A stretch of 64,000 nt of DNA from Candidatus Sumerlaeota bacterium (GTDB lineage: Bacteria; Sumerlaeota; Sumerlaeia; Sumerlaeales; Sumerlaeaceae). Location of the stretch: assembly GCA_012513815.1 (NCBI GenBank), contig JAAZBM010000014.1, positions 376,568 through 440,567 on the forward strand, written 5' to 3'. Under the pieces are notes generated by a model, which was not told the origin of the DNA, did not search any database, and worked only from the letters and a program-made list of their open reading frames with translations. Below are positions 63,047 through 64,000 of the stretch, piece after piece. The stretch's first letter is position 1. The number at the start of each line of letters is the position of its first letter. A program made the translations under genes and the position numbers.

Positions 63047-63772
63047 ATGCCAATCCTAACATTTCATCATATCGGGCATTACACCGAGGGAGCGAATCCG
63101 CACGAGCGTGGTAACTGGATTGAACCGGACCTGTTCCGCCAACAATTGCTCTGGCTCAAGGCGCACAACTATCAGTGCATCAAACCGGCTGACCTCCTTG
63201 CGCCACTCACCACAGGCCAAATGAAGACATTGCCCCAGCATTGGGCACTGCTCACTTTTGACGACGGATGGAAGGACAACGCGACTCAGGCATTGCCCAT
63301 TTTGCGCGAGCTCAAAATGCCCGCGACCTTGTTCTTAGCCGTTGGGCGTGTGGGCACAGAACAAATGATGTCGTCAAGTGATGTCGAACAATGGATAGAC
63401 AGCGGATGCAACATCGAGTCACACACATGCACACATCCCCATCTGGATGAGTTGCCCCACGAGAAGGTCATGGAAGAGTTGACACGATCACGCGATGAAC
63501 TCAAGCGATTGTTCGGCGTGGAATCAAAATGGATTTGCTATCCATACGGACACTTCAATCAAGCTATTGTCGATGCGGTCCAAACGGCCGGTTACGACGG
63601 CGCGTTCAGTACAATGCGTGACAACCGCTTTCTCCCACGACAACGCTATTACCTTCCACGGGTGCAGGTAATGAATGATACGCAGCCACAGCGACTTGCC
63701 TACATGGATTCGCTGCTTTATCACTGGCTGCATCGCCGCAAAAATATCAGAAGATACGGAACATTTGCCTGA
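63047..63772 (+). CDS. Polysaccharide deacetylase family protein
   Basis: MPILTFHHI, LTFDDG, SHT.TH, CYPYG. Confidence 0.93.
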   Translation: MPILTFHHIGHYTEGANPHERGNWIEPDLFRQQLLWLKAHNYQCIKPADLLAPLTTGQMKTLPQHWALLTFDDGWKDNATQALPILRELKMPATLFLAVGRVGTEQMMSSSDVEQWIDSGCNIESHTCTHPHLDELPHEKVMEELTRSRDELKRLFGVESKWICYPYGHFNQAIVDAVQTAGYDGAFSTMRDNRFLPRQRYYLPRVQVMNDTQPQRLAYMDSLLYHWLHRRKNIRRYGTFA

Positions 63773-64000
63773 TGCGAGTTCTTCATACAGATTTCCTGCA
63801 CGGCTGGGGAGGGCAGCCCTATCGCATTCTACTGGATGCGACGCAATGTGCTGCACTTGGCGCCGAAGTGATGATCGCTGCGCCAACCGACAGCGAGCTT
63901 GGCAAGCGCGCCACCGAACGCGGACTGAATACGGACATGACAATCTCGTACCGTAGCGGCCTGCGGGTGCGGCACTTGCAAGACATTTTGCGTCTGAGGA
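63772..64000 (+). CDS. Glycosyltransferase (GT4-like), 5' part only
   Basis: TGATG coupling to the previous gene; reads MRVLHTDFLHGWGGQPYRIL... open to the window end. Confidence 0.7.
   Translation, partial: MRVLHTDFLHGWGGQPYRILLDATQCAALGAEVMIAAPTDSELGKRATERGLNTDMTISYRSGLRVRHLQDILRLR

Overview
Bacterial chromosomal segment of about 50% GC from a diderm (kdsD, O-antigen ligase, many large secreted proteins); the protein repertoire is suggestive of Candidatus Sumerlaeota/BRC1 or a similar lineage, which is inference only. Most of the window is housekeeping: purN, gpsA-plsY, a sugar ABC transporter, an atypical ETF pair, rpoD-hisA-trxA-hisF, a lipoate cluster (free lipoyl domain, degenerate E3 homologue, lipB, lipA), a PhoB/PhoR-like pair, pyrG, rph, kdsD, thiC, thrS, tRNA-Arg(CCG), dnaJ, SUI1 and ftsY. 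The most unusual part is 41.7-48.5 kb. Strand composition flips there from A/C-rich to G/T-rich, and the skew is strongest right at the edges of a 5.6-kb accessory island. The island carries a putative HhH-GPD-like glycosylase and two signal-peptide-less GLUG-repeat genes, each preceded by a copy of the same ~80-nt two-hairpin element, with a weak dif-like site at the right end. Other notable items are a tRNA-Thr anticodon mimic in the thrS leader, a terminator-bearing thiC leader with no TPP aptamer, a dihydrolipoamide dehydrogenase homologue lacking its catalytic residues, and a gene frameshifted at a GA repeat. No CRISPR array, rRNA, integrase, transposase or reverse transcriptase was recognised.
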